Below, piece by piece: positions 12,177-22,192 of a stretch of 64,000 bases of DNA. Numbering within the stretch: position 1 is the first letter of the stretch; every line of letters begins with the position of its first letter. The translations under genes and the position numbers were made by a program. Under the pieces are notes generated by a model. It did no database searches. It was given only the letters and a program-made list of their open reading frames with translations, and was not told the DNA's origin. Origin of the DNA: Thermoanaerobaculia bacterium (GTDB lineage: Bacteria; Acidobacteriota; Thermoanaerobaculia; Multivoradales; Multivoraceae); contig OY762911.1 in assembly GCA_963666565.1 (NCBI GenBank), forward strand, positions 544,001 through 608,000, given 5' to 3'.

Positions 12177-13087
12177 CCCTCTCCCCCCGCTTCAGCGGCG
12201 GTCCGCAGCCCCGCCAGCCGGCCCACCTGCCGCTCGACATCGCGCATGAACGCCCGCCGCCCCCGCACTCCCGCCGCCGCCGGATCGACCGCCTCGCCGA
12301 AGGCCAGCTCGACGGTCTGCGGCCGGACCGCGAGGGTGCCCTTCCGCCGGATGCGGCCGGTGCCGCGGATGCCAACCGGCGCCACCAGGGCCCGTCCCTT
12401 CAGGGCCAGCAGGAACCCGCCGCGCTGAAACGGCCTCATGCTCGGGCCGGAGCTTCGGGTCTCCTCCGGAAACACGACGAGAGAGGTCCCGGACGCCAGC
12501 AACTCCGTGGCGGCGGCGAACGTCTCGCCGGCCCGGCTCCGGTCCTGCCGGTCCACCGGGACGAAGCCGGCCGCCTTGAGCCCCCAGCCGAAGAACGGCA
12601 GCCGGAACAGGCTGCGCTTGGCGAGGAAGCGCACCGGCAAGTCCAGGATCGCCAGCAGGGCGGCGATGTCGTAGAGGCTCCGGTGGTTCGCCATGTAGAC
12701 CACCGGCCGGCCGCCGATCGCGTCGCGCCAGGCCGCGTGGCTGCCCCCGGCGTAGGCGAGATCGAGCCGGACGCCGCTGGACCGCAGCAGCCCGCGAGCC
12801 CAGAGCCGGGCCTGCACTCCGGCCCAGTCGCGCCCCGGCGCCCAGGAGGCGACCGCCGCGGCGACGCCCATCACCGCGCTGCCCACCACCAGGTACAGGT
12901 TCCCGGTCACCGTCGCCAGCGCCGCCGACCAGGCCGGCGCCGGCCGCCCGGCGGCTTTCGCCGTAGACTCGCTCCGCCGCGCGTCGTCCGATGCGCCTGC
13001 CGGCAGGTGCGCGGGGGAGGTCGGCGGCGGCTCAAGAGGCGCCGTCAGGGTTCCGCGGCGCGCGTTGCTGGGGTTCCGGTTCGACAA
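12173..13087 (-). CDS. 1-acyl-sn-glycerol-3-phosphate acyltransferase (PlsC family); start uncertain
   Basis: NHRSLYD, VFPEETRS, PFQRGGF motifs. Confidence 0.85.
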   Translation of the reverse strand: MSNRNPSNARRGTLTAPLEPPPTSPAHLPAGASDDARRSESTAKAAGRPAPAWSAALATVTGNLYLVVGSAVMGVAAAVASWAPGRDWAGVQARLWARGLLRSSGVRLDLAYAGGSHAAWRDAIGGRPVVYMANHRSLYDIAALLAILDLPVRFLAKRSLFRLPFFGWGLKAAGFVPVDRQDRSRAGETFAAATELLASGTSLVVFPEETRSSGPSMRPFQRGGFLLALKGRALVAPVGIRGTGRIRRKGTLAVRPQTVELAFGEAVDPAAAGVRGRRAFMRDVERQVGRLAGLRTAAEAGGEG

Positions 13088-13173
13088 GGTTCTGCTCGGT
13101 GCCGTGGGTGAGGAAGCTACACCAGGCGCCCACCGCGAGGGCCGGCGACGACGAAGGCGCCCGGCGGGTATGG

Positions 13174-13953
13174 ATGCAACAGGCTGGCTACAGGATTCTG
13201 ATCGATTTCAAGGCGCCCTTGCGAGAGGTCGGCGCCATCTGGCTGCTGGCCGTACGCGGAATCGCGGCCCTCGTCAGACCCCCGTACGAGTTCCGGTCAT
13301 GGCTCCATCAGATGAGCCACCTCGGCGTCAGTTCCCTCGGCGTCGCTTCCGTCACCACCCTGTTCACCGGCATGGTGCTCGCCCTGCAGACCGCGTACAG
13401 CCTGCCGGAGCTCGGGGTCAAGTACTACATCGGCAGCGTGGTCTCCAAGTCGCTGACGCGGGAACTGGGACCCGTGCTGGTGGCGCTGATCGTCGGCGGC
13501 CGCATCGGCGCCGGCATGACCGCGGAACTCGGCACGATGAAGGTCACGGAGCAGGTCGACGCCATGCGCTCGATGGCAGCGGATCCAGTGAAGAAGCTGG
13601 TCGTTCCGAGGCTGGCGGCCAGCCTGATCATGCTGCCGGTTCTCACCGTCCTCGGCGACCTGCTGGGCATACTCGGCGGCCTGTTCGTCGCCGTGAACCA
13701 GTTGAACCTGTCCGTCGGCCTATACGTCAACGACGTCCTCCAGACCCTCACGCTGGAGGACGTCTTCAACGGCCTCGGCAAGTCCGTCTTCTTCGCCGCC
13801 TTCATCGCGGTCATCGGCTGCCACAATGGCCTGACCGCGAGCGGCGGCGCCGAGGGCGTCGGCCACGCCACGACCCGCACCGTCGTCTGGGCCTCCATCA
13901 TGGTGCTGGTGTCTGACTTCTTTCTGACCAAGCTCTTCCATGTCCTCATCTGA
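13174..13953 (+). CDS. mlaE: MlaE-family ABC permease
   Basis: RELGPVL, AELGTMKVTEQVDAMRSM, GVGHATTRTVV. Confidence 0.92.
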   Translation: MQQAGYRILIDFKAPLREVGAIWLLAVRGIAALVRPPYEFRSWLHQMSHLGVSSLGVASVTTLFTGMVLALQTAYSLPELGVKYYIGSVVSKSLTRELGPVLVALIVGGRIGAGMTAELGTMKVTEQVDAMRSMAADPVKKLVVPRLAASLIMLPVLTVLGDLLGILGGLFVAVNQLNLSVGLYVNDVLQTLTLEDVFNGLGKSVFFAAFIAVIGCHNGLTASGGAEGVGHATTRTVVWASIMVLVSDFFLTKLFHVLI

Positions 13954-14743
13954 ACCTCCGGACGCCCTGCAACCGAACCGGGAACCGCTCTACGCCGTGC
14001 GCGGGCTCCGCCGGAGCTTCGGCGAACGCGTCGTGCTCGACGGCCTGAGCTTCGACGTCCTGCGCGGCGAATGCCTGGTCGTGCTCGGCCGTTCGGGCTC
14101 CGGCAAGAGCCTCACTCTGCGCCAGCTCAACGGACTCGACCGGGCCGAGGGCGGCGAAGTGCTGTTCGAGGGCACGGACCTCGTCGGGCTGACGGAGCGC
14201 GAGCTGTACCCGCTGCGCCGGCGGATCGCCATGCTGTTCCAGGCCGGCGCCCTGTTCGATTCCCTCGACGTGCTGGAGAACGTCGCCTTCCCCATCCGCG
14301 AGCACGAACGCGCCGGCGAGGACGAGATCCGCCAGCGGGTGGCCGCCGCGCTGGAGTGGGTCGGGCTGTCCGGGATCGAGGACCGGATGCCGGCGGCCCT
14401 CTCCGGCGGCATGAAGAAGCGCGTCGCGCTCGCCCGCTCGCTCGTCCTGGAACCCGAAGTGGTCCTGTTCGACGAGCCGACCGCCGGGCTCGACCCGGTC
14501 ACTTCGGCGAGCATCTGCAGCCTGATCCGGAACACGCGGGACGAACTCGGAACGACCTCCGTGGTGGTGACCCACGACATTCGCCTGGCCCGCCACGTCG
14601 GAGACCGGCTGGCACTGCTCCACGAAGGGCGGTTCAGGTTCCTGGGCCGCTGGGAAGAGGCCGAACGGAGCGCCGACCCAGCGCTCCGCTCATTCCTGCA
14701 GGGTCCGCACGGAGACGGACGGGAGGACATCGATGCAGCGTGA
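13940..14743 (+). CDS. mlaF: MlaF-family ABC ATPase
   Basis: GRSGSGKS, LSGGMKKRVALAR, DEPTAGLDP; lies between mlaE and mlaD. Confidence 0.92.
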   Translation: MSSSEPPDALQPNREPLYAVRGLRRSFGERVVLDGLSFDVLRGECLVVLGRSGSGKSLTLRQLNGLDRAEGGEVLFEGTDLVGLTERELYPLRRRIAMLFQAGALFDSLDVLENVAFPIREHERAGEDEIRQRVAAALEWVGLSGIEDRMPAALSGGMKKRVALARSLVLEPEVVLFDEPTAGLDPVTSASICSLIRNTRDELGTTSVVVTHDIRLARHVGDRLALLHEGRFRFLGRWEEAERSADPALRSFLQGPHGDGREDIDAA

Positions 14744-15899
14744 TTCGCACACCGCCAGGGTCGGCCTGACCGTGCTCGCGGCCCTCGCCGCGCTGGCGGC
14801 CTTCATCTTCATGATCGGCGAGCAGAGCGCCCTGTTCACGCCCACCAACGGCTACCGCACCATGTTCCCGAACGCCGCCGGCCTGGTCGAAGGCAATCCC
14901 GTTCAGTTGAACGGCGTCACCGTCGGCAAGGTCGACCGCATCCTGCTCAGCGAGGATCCGGACAGCGAACTTCTGGAGGTGCGGATCAGCGTCGAGCGGC
15001 GCTACGCGGGACGGCTGCGGCGAGACTCCCTGGCGCGCCTCAAGACCCTGGGCCTGCTGGGCGACAAGTACGTCGAGATCACCTCGGGTTCGCCCGATGC
15101 CGTCCTGCTCAATCCCGGCGACGAGATCCCGGCGGCGCTGCCGACCGACGTCGACGAGCTGATCGCCAGCGGCGCGGACGCGGTCGACTACGCGGTCGCC
15201 ACGGCCCGTTCGCTGTCGAACATCCTCGCCCGCATGGAACGCGGCGAGGGCGTCCTCGGCGAACTCGTCGCCGCCCGCGAGGACAAGCGGATCACCGACA
15301 CGGTCATCCGGACGCTCGAGTCGGTCGAGCGCGTGGCCGACCGGGTCGAAGCGGGCGACGGAGTCCTCGGACGGCTGCTCACGGACCGCGAGATGGGCGA
15401 CCGGATCGCCTCGTCGATCGACCGACTGGACGAGACCCTGACGCTGCTGCGGGAGGGCGACGGACTGGCGCCGGCGCTGCTGAACGACGCGGAACTGAAG
15501 GCCCGCTTCGAGACCACCCTGGCCGACACCGAGGTCGCGGCCGCCGACCTGCGGGGCATCGCCGCCGACCTGCGCGCCGCCGACGGACTCCTGCCCCGGC
15601 TCCTGAACGACGAGGAGCTGAGCGAGTCGCTGACGAGCGAGGTGGAGGAACTCCTCGGGCGGCTGAACTCGACCCTGGGGCGGGTCGCGGAAGGCGACGG
15701 CACAGCGGCCCGCCTGATCAACGATCCCGCGATCTACGAGGCGCTGGACGATCTCGTCGTGGGCATCAACGAGTCGAAGCTGCTGCGCTGGCTGGTCCGC
15801 AACCGGCAGAAGGCGGGCATCAAGAAGCGGTACCGCGACGCGCAGGACGCGCTGGAGGCCGCCGGGACCGGGGCGGCGGATCCGGGAGCGCGGCCGTGA
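14733..15899 (+). CDS. mlaD: MCE/MlaD-family protein with long helical C-terminus
   Basis: N-terminal TM helix, GL..G.PV..NGV.VGKV, GLLGDKYVEI, repeated G.G.LG.L. Confidence 0.9.
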   Translation: MQRDSHTARVGLTVLAALAALAAFIFMIGEQSALFTPTNGYRTMFPNAAGLVEGNPVQLNGVTVGKVDRILLSEDPDSELLEVRISVERRYAGRLRRDSLARLKTLGLLGDKYVEITSGSPDAVLLNPGDEIPAALPTDVDELIASGADAVDYAVATARSLSNILARMERGEGVLGELVAAREDKRITDTVIRTLESVERVADRVEAGDGVLGRLLTDREMGDRIASSIDRLDETLTLLREGDGLAPALLNDAELKARFETTLADTEVAAADLRGIAADLRAADGLLPRLLNDEELSESLTSEVEELLGRLNSTLGRVAEGDGTAARLINDPAIYEALDDLVVGINESKLLRWLVRNRQKAGIKKRYRDAQDALEAAGTGAADPGARP

Positions 15900-16177
15900 T
15901 CGTCTGCGCGCGCTGCGGCCGCGAACGGGAAGCCCTGGCCGCGCCGCCGGCGCCCGGCCCGGTCGGCGAGGAGATCGCCCAACGGGTCTGTGCCGGCTGC
16001 TGGGACGAGTGGGCGGCGATGGAGATCAAGGTGATCAACGAACTGCGCCTGAACTTCATGGACCCGGACGCCCAGGCGATCCTCACCGGCCACATGAGGG
16101 ACTTCCTCTTCCCCGGCGACGAGCCGCCCGTTGCGCCCGGGCAACGGCTGGACTTCGACTCGATCGGCGAACCTTAG
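15896..16177 (+). CDS. Fe(II)-trafficking / oxidative damage protection protein (YggX-like)
   Basis: C..C N-terminus, VCAGCWDEW...IKVINELRLN; GTGA overlap with mlaD. Confidence 0.82.
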   Translation: MIVCARCGREREALAAPPAPGPVGEEIAQRVCAGCWDEWAAMEIKVINELRLNFMDPDAQAILTGHMRDFLFPGDEPPVAPGQRLDFDSIGEP

Positions 16178-16232
16178 CGGCCTGAGGCCGCCAAGCTTCC
16201 GGCCTCAGCCGGGCACGACCTCGGGCCCAAGG

Positions 16233-16868
16233 TCAGCAACCCGCCTTGGCCGCCAGTTCCGGCATGCTCCGGCGGAGGTTCCTGGCCAGCTTCTGGCCCT
16301 CGTCGCAGAGCAGACCCAAGGTGCTGACGAACGCCTGCTCAAGATCCTCCGGGAGCGACGATTCCATATCCCATGCGAGGACGATCCTCTCACCGTTCGG
16401 CCGGTCGTACTCCAAGTTGGCGAAGGACCGGAAGTCATCCGCGCGCTCCAGCAGACTGGCCCAGCTTTCTCGGCAGGCGCGGTGGTCACCCCCGTAGTGG
16501 AAGGCGTAGCCGGGGCCGCACTGCGGCATGGACACCCCGAGCATCTCGCTCGACCAAAACCGGACCAAGCCTTCCATCTGATCCTCGCTCAGGCGCCGGC
16601 ACGTCGTAACGTCGCCGAGCCACAACTCCGTGTACTCGAGTCCACCCGCCCCGTTGACGTCAAGGTGAAGAGACTCCGTGTAGTGCTTGTACGGCAAGTG
16701 CATCCTCAAGGTGAGCTCCACTCCATGCGCTCGCCTACCCTTCCGTCCCTGGTCTGCCGTCAGACACTGCGGGTCCAGGTAGTGGCAAGCCGTTCCGGCG
16801 AACAGCGCGGTTGCGGCGATGCTCAAGGCAAGGCCGCCAGCAGGAAGGCCCTGGCCGCTCCTCAGCAT
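16233..16868 (-). CDS. Hypothetical exported protein, probable lipoprotein
   Basis: Hydrophobic N-terminus ending LFAGTAC (lipobox-like); starts 14 nt after the stop of the PLA2-like gene; atypical codon usage. Confidence 0.6.
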   Translation of the reverse strand: MLRSGQGLPAGGLALSIAATALFAGTACHYLDPQCLTADQGRKGRRAHGVELTLRMHLPYKHYTESLHLDVNGAGGLEYTELWLGDVTTCRRLSEDQMEGLVRFWSSEMLGVSMPQCGPGYAFHYGGDHRACRESWASLLERADDFRSFANLEYDRPNGERIVLAWDMESSLPEDLEQAFVSTLGLLCDEGQKLARNLRRSMPELAAKAGC

Positions 16869-16882
16869 TGAGAACGAGGAAC

Positions 16883-17437
16883 CTAGTCGCCGTCGCCGCC
16901 CGTCACGATTGGGCCGTTCGGTGGCTCGGGTGGGCAGTCGTCTTCACAACAGCTTGGGTCCCGCTGACAGCAGTACTCTTGGGGGAGCGACCATCCCCGC
17001 CAGTCGCACATCCGGGGGTTGCAGTGGTTCAGGCACTGATTACCCGCGTAAGTCCAAAGAGCTGCGGAGACCCCACCATAGGCCAAAGTCGCCGCATCGG
17101 AACAGTCCTCAAGGAACTCCTTGACTTCGTGGCCCGGCTTCCCGGCGACCCTCATGGCGGCGCCGGTCAACGTGCAGACCGCGTTCAGGTCACCGTAGAA
17201 GGCCAGATCGCACTGAGCCTTGTGGGCGAAGCCGGGATTCCATCCGCCGCAGGTTCCCTGGGCTCGCCAACACTGGTCGTGGCGCGTGCAGGCGCCAGCC
17301 AAGGCGCCGTCGAGACCGGCCTCGACGATCTGCGGCAGCTTGAGGCTGCAACCGTAGGGGTTCGATTGAGCATTCAGCTCGCCGGACCCAATCGGGCAAA
17401 CCACCAGAATGCCGAACGCCAACAGCCATCGCTTCAT
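16883..17437 (-). CDS. Secreted Cys-rich phospholipase A2-like protein
   Basis: Signal peptide; YGCS; ACTRHDQCW (HD dyad); KAQCDLAFYGDLNAVC; CSDAATLAYGGV; 16 Cys; SD-like GAAGGAGAG upstream. Confidence 0.72.
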   Translation of the reverse strand: MKRWLLAFGILVVCPIGSGELNAQSNPYGCSLKLPQIVEAGLDGALAGACTRHDQCWRAQGTCGGWNPGFAHKAQCDLAFYGDLNAVCTLTGAAMRVAGKPGHEVKEFLEDCSDAATLAYGGVSAALWTYAGNQCLNHCNPRMCDWRGWSLPQEYCCQRDPSCCEDDCPPEPPNGPIVTGGDGD

Positions 17438-17680
17438 CGAGTCGCTCTCCTTCCCGTCACCCGGGTGTCGTTCGTACAGCCGGAAGACCCGCCGGGAACA
17501 TGCACCGACCGTCGGCTTTCCAGATGGCGCCAGACACTACACCAAGTGGCGGCGGTCGCGAGCCTGACCGCGACCTTCGACGGGCTGCGACGCAGGTCGC
17601 TGGCGGCCAAGCTGCTGTTCCGGCACAGTTCCGGCACGCGGACGCGCTCCACGACCGTTACGCTCGCCTATAGTTGAGAA

Positions 17681-20600
17681 ATGCTGCGCTGCGACTATCG
17701 CTCCTGCGTGTTGCTGGCCGTTGCGATCGGCGGGTTCGCCTGGGTGTCCCTGCGGGCTCAGTCAATCGCGGAGCCGCCGTTGGTCGTCACGGGTGCGCTC
17801 GTGGACCAAGACGGCTCGCCCGTCGCCGGGGTCGACGTGGTCCTTCGCCCCTATCCGAGCGAGCACCAGGTAGACCTTGACCTGCTCGGTTTCTCGAACG
17901 CTCTGCCCGAGGCAGTCGACCAGCGCCGCTCTGGCCCGGACGGCGCCTTCTCCCTGACCGCGCCCTTGCCCGGTCCCTACCGCCTGGAGGTCCGCCCGCT
18001 TCCGCCTCCTGGTCGACCGGATGTCGAGCTTCCCTTTCTCTACCAGGATTTGGCGCCGCTGCTTGAAGATCGATCTCTGGAGCCTCTTGAGCTGCCGCGG
18101 CGACGCCCCGTAGCGATCCGGGTCCTGGACCCTGACGACCGGCCGGTTCAAGGGGCCCGAGTCGTTGTCAGTCCCTGGGCGGGCTATCGGGAGGGCGAGT
18201 CAGCCGGAAGCCCGGCCGAAGAGCGGCGAAGCATCGACCTCGGCTTCCATCGCGCGGCCTCCACCACGAACGGGGATGGTATCGCTCGGTTCCTGATGCC
18301 TGGGTCTTCGGCCCAGGTGGTCGTTAGCGCCCCAGGGTTCGTCTTGGGTCGCACCACAGCGGACTCCCGCGAGACAACGGTCCGGCTCGAACGCTCGACC
18401 GGGTTCCGATTCCGCGTCGTGGACCCGTCCGGCAAGCCCGAGCCATGGGTGGTCGTTCGCGCGGCGGACGACTTCCAGACGCCGCTCGCGGTGACGGACG
18501 AATCGGGGGCGGTGGCGGTAGGTCGGCTCGCTGGCGGTACCAGGGGCTACCAGTTCGAACGGGCGGACCAGGCGCTGGCCTGGACCGGGTCCCCGACGCG
18601 GAGAGCGACCGACGCGTCCGGCGTAGTGCCGATCCTGGAAGTGCAGCTCGGTGAGCCGCTCCGAATCCTGGGCCGCGTCCTCGACGCCTCGACGGGGCGT
18701 CCGGTCGAGAACGTGGCCGTCTGGTCCCAAGGGGATCCAGGGCACAACGCGATCAGCGGGCCGCGCGGCGCCTTCGAACTGACGACGCGTCCGCGGCGGG
18801 GTGCGCTCGCGTTCCAGGCAGTCGCGCCCGGTTACCTGCTCGCCAAAGTAGACGCCGAGAGCCTGGAGCGCACTACCGCTTCGGAAGTTGCGGTCGCCCT
18901 TACGCCTGTGGTGACCTTGGCCGGTCAGGTCACGGATGCGGGTGGCCAGCCCGTCGCCGACGCCGAAATCCATACCGAGCCGGACGCGGGGACCTGGCCG
19001 GCGAGACGGCCCGCGCAAGGGGCTCAATTGACCACATCGAGCGGCGACGGTTCCTTCCGCTTTCGAAGGATCCTCCCCCAAACAGCCTATCGGTTGATGG
19101 TCCGCGCCTCTGGATTCCCGGCCAAGCTCGTGGAGGTTCCGCCCATCGAACCCGGCGCCGAACCCCGACAACTCCGGGTCACCCTGACCGGCGGCAGCGG
19201 CGCCTGGGGCAGGGTGATTGACACCGAAGGCAATCCCGTGGCGAAGGCCGAAGTGACGCTCCATTGGCCGAATGCCGCGCGGCGTTCCGACCACCGGCGC
19301 TCCATCCCGACGGACCCCGCGACGACCGACGAGCAAGGCCGGTTCCGCTTTTCCGCCCTCGTCGCGGGCCGCTACGAAGTGGCCCTGGCGCACGCTGAGT
19401 ACGTCGGGACCGGGGACTCGACCGCCGAAGTGAAAGCAGGCGTAGAAGAGAGCTACCTTGGCGAATTCACGCTCCTCGCCGGCGCGAAGCTGCACGGCCG
19501 GGTCATTGATTCCCGCGGCGGTCCAGTGGCGAGCGCCACGATCACCGCCCTCGGATCAGGAGCCGAGGCGCCGGAACGAATCGCGATATCGGACGCGGAG
19601 GGCCGATTTCGACTCGGCGGACTCTCGCACGATCTCGTACGGCTCCGAGTTCGGGCGGACGGTCATCCGCCGCTGGCGCTGTTTACGGCGCTCCCGGGCG
19701 CCGACGAACCGCTCGTGATCGAGCTGTCAGCCGGTGCGCTGCTGACCGGCCGCGTGACCGACGACGCCGACGCGCCCGTCCCAGCGGCTTCCGTCTGGCT
19801 GCTGCCCGACTTGGAGAACCAGGGTCAGGCCGTCGCCTGGGACTCGCGTGACCACGCTACGCAAACCAACGGCGAAGGGCGATTTCGTTTCGAGCACGTC
19901 GCGCCGGGAAGATGGTCGCTCGATGTGAGGAGCGGTCAATCGCGAGGTTCCGTCGACGGCATTGATCTGCAGGAGGGAACGAAGCGGGAAGTCGATCTCC
20001 GACTCCGCAAACGGTCCGACCTGACCATCACGGTCACGGACGAGTCGAACCGGCCGGTGGCCGACGCCTCGATACGCGTGGCGTACGCCGGGCGGCCTTT
20101 GGCCACGGTACTCGGCAGCACGGACGCGAGCGGTCGAGCGCGCATCGCGGTCGACGTCGGCGTCGCCGCAGTTCAGGTCGCGCACGGGCGGTACCGGGAG
20201 GAATCGACAAGCGTCGAGCTTGTGCCCGGCGTCAACGACCTTGCCGTCCGGCTGCTCGCCGGCGGGACCATACGAGGCTACGTTCGGTCGGCGGACCACA
20301 CTCCGCTGAGTCGGGCGACCGTTCTGGCTCAGACGGATGCCTCCCTGGATCTGCCGGCCTTCGCCCGGCGCTTTCTTGGCGTGGCGGCCGAGGCGGAAAC
20401 CGACCCCGAAGGACGGTTCGAGATTGCCGGTCTGGAGCCCGGCCGCTACGTCGTAAGCGCCAGGGCCGAGGGATTCGCGGCGAACGCGGTTGAACGGGCG
20501 ATCGACATCGCCGGTCAGTCAACCGCCGTCGTCGACATCGTGCTGGCGCCCGGCGGCTCGATCACGGGGGTCGTGACGGGCCTGCCACCCTCTCGTCTGG

Positions 20601-21376
20601 TTGACGTGGAGATCAGCGCGACGCGGTTCGCCGAGCGAGAGACCACCTCGCCCGATCACGCCGGTGCCTTCGCCCTTTCGAATCTGGTGCCTGGCGAGTG
20701 GACGATCACGGCGACAAGCGGGGACCTCGCCGGCCCGCGTACGGTGAAGCGCGCCGTGACGATTCGCGACGCAGTCGAGAGTGCCTTCGTCGAACTCCCG
20801 TTCGAACGCGGTTTCCGGTTCAGCGGGCAAGTCCTTGCGTCCGGGAAGCCGCTGGTCGGCGGACTTCTGAGCGTCCGTCGAACGGGAAGCGAGGAGGTCC
20901 GAGCGACTAGGACGGACCACCGAGGGCGATTCGCGATGGAGGGGCTCTCCCTCGGCGCATACGAGTTGACGATTCGCCGGACGACGGGCGCCATCGATCA
21001 GCGGCCCATAGACCTGTCGGGCGACCTGCAAGACCTGACAATCGATCTTCAACCGCCCGCCACCCTGGCGGGCGTCGTCATCGACGCGGTGACCGGCGAG
21101 GCGATCGTGGACGCAAATCTGACTGTCGGCGATCCGGCCACGCTCACGGGGCTGGCGGAAGACGGAAGCGCCTTCTCGCCGGCCATCGCGGGCTTCACTT
21201 TCAGCACGGTCGGAGGCCGCTTCGAACTCGACGTCGGCCCGAACGCATCTCATCTGCTTGTTTCCCGGCGGGGCTACGCCAACGCCCTGCTGCCGCTCCG
21301 CATCCTCCCTGGCCAGCGCCTTGCCGGTCTTCTCGTGGAGTTGCAGCCGAGACCACCGCTAACGCCGGGCGAGTAG
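17681..21376 (+). CDS. Large exported protein of tandem carboxypeptidase-regulatory-like (Cna-B/transthyretin-type) beta-sandwich repeats
   Basis: Signal peptide, then many repeats of G.V.D..G.PV..A.V ... TD..GRF.F..L..G.Y.L. Confidence 0.85.
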   Translation: MLRCDYRSCVLLAVAIGGFAWVSLRAQSIAEPPLVVTGALVDQDGSPVAGVDVVLRPYPSEHQVDLDLLGFSNALPEAVDQRRSGPDGAFSLTAPLPGPYRLEVRPLPPPGRPDVELPFLYQDLAPLLEDRSLEPLELPRRRPVAIRVLDPDDRPVQGARVVVSPWAGYREGESAGSPAEERRSIDLGFHRAASTTNGDGIARFLMPGSSAQVVVSAPGFVLGRTTADSRETTVRLERSTGFRFRVVDPSGKPEPWVVVRAADDFQTPLAVTDESGAVAVGRLAGGTRGYQFERADQALAWTGSPTRRATDASGVVPILEVQLGEPLRILGRVLDASTGRPVENVAVWSQGDPGHNAISGPRGAFELTTRPRRGALAFQAVAPGYLLAKVDAESLERTTASEVAVALTPVVTLAGQVTDAGGQPVADAEIHTEPDAGTWPARRPAQGAQLTTSSGDGSFRFRRILPQTAYRLMVRASGFPAKLVEVPPIEPGAEPRQLRVTLTGGSGAWGRVIDTEGNPVAKAEVTLHWPNAARRSDHRRSIPTDPATTDEQGRFRFSALVAGRYEVALAHAEYVGTGDSTAEVKAGVEESYLGEFTLLAGAKLHGRVIDSRGGPVASATITALGSGAEAPERIAISDAEGRFRLGGLSHDLVRLRVRADGHPPLALFTALPGADEPLVIELSAGALLTGRVTDDADAPVPAASVWLLPDLENQGQAVAWDSRDHATQTNGEGRFRFEHVAPGRWSLDVRSGQSRGSVDGIDLQEGTKREVDLRLRKRSDLTITVTDESNRPVADASIRVAYAGRPLATVLGSTDASGRARIAVDVGVAAVQVAHGRYREESTSVELVPGVNDLAVRLLAGGTIRGYVRSADHTPLSRATVLAQTDASLDLPAFARRFLGVAAEAETDPEGRFEIAGLEPGRYVVSARAEGFAANAVERAIDIAGQSTAVVDIVLAPGGSITGVVTGLPPSRLVDVEISATRFAERETTSPDHAGAFALSNLVPGEWTITATSGDLAGPRTVKRAVTIRDAVESAFVELPFERGFRFSGQVLASGKPLVGGLLSVRRTGSEEVRATRTDHRGRFAMEGLSLGAYELTIRRTTGAIDQRPIDLSGDLQDLTIDLQPPATLAGVVIDAVTGEAIVDANLTVGDPATLTGLAEDGSAFSPAIAGFTFSTVGGRFELDVGPNASHLLVSRRGYANALLPLRILPGQRLAGLLVELQPRPPLTPGE

Positions 21377-21592
21377 CCTGCCGACGCGAGGCCTGTTGGC
21401 CATGAACGGCAACCTGTTCCGTCACCGTCGGATGCGGTTGACGCAACACGGAGCGCTCGGGCGTGGCGAAGGTGGCCAGCCTCTGTTTCGGGTCGCTCGA
21501 CTCGGACACTGGCGGATCGATCCGGCTTCCGTCGGCCCATTGCGGGATCGTCTGCCTCAAGCCGACCCTGGGGCACCGGTGAACCGGCTCCC

Positions 21593-22192
21593 CTACCGCC
21601 AGGGCCGCCGCGGCGGTTCGCGGATGCGGCGGAGCATCCGCCGGCGCCGGTTCGCCGGGTCGCTTGGATCGTTCGAGAACAGGCGCATCACGTCGCCGTC
21701 GCGGGCGAAGCGATAGCGCCGCGCCGGCTTCCTGTCGTTGAGCCCTTTGGCCGCGCTCTTCGCGTAGGTCCAGAGCAGGATGTCCGGGTCGTCGACGTCC
21801 CGGTGCTCCTCCCACTCCGTCTTCTCCGGGTCGCCGAACAGGATGTAGACCATGCCTCGGTCCGTGCGCCGCCCGAGCCGGCCGGACTCGGAGTAGCGTT
21901 TGTCCGCCTCCGCCGCGCGCACGTCGAACTGGCGCCGCAGGCCGCCGTCCCGCCGGCCCCAGAAGTCCTCGGCGAAGGCGGCCGCCTCCTCGTCCGACTC
22001 GAGCAGCAGGTAGAGCGTCCGCTCCTCCTCGTCGGCGAGTTGTCCGACCGGCCCCACCAGCCAGCTCGCGTAGCCGGGGCCCAGGAAGGGGTTGATCAGG
22101 TCGTCCGGATGGAGCCGCTCGAGACTGTCCGCGGCCGAAGCGGCGCCGGCGGCCAGGAGGCCAAGCGCGAGAGCCAGGCCGAGCTGCCGCAT
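21593..22192 (-). CDS. GWxTD domain-containing exported protein
   Basis: ATG at 22192 overlapping the folE stop; signal peptide; FWGRRD; GRRTDRGMVYILFGDP. Confidence 0.8.
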   Translation of the reverse strand: MRQLGLALALGLLAAGAASAADSLERLHPDDLINPFLGPGYASWLVGPVGQLADEEERTLYLLLESDEEAAAFAEDFWGRRDGGLRRQFDVRAAEADKRYSESGRLGRRTDRGMVYILFGDPEKTEWEEHRDVDDPDILLWTYAKSAAKGLNDRKPARRYRFARDGDVMRLFSNDPSDPANRRRRMLRRIREPPRRPWR

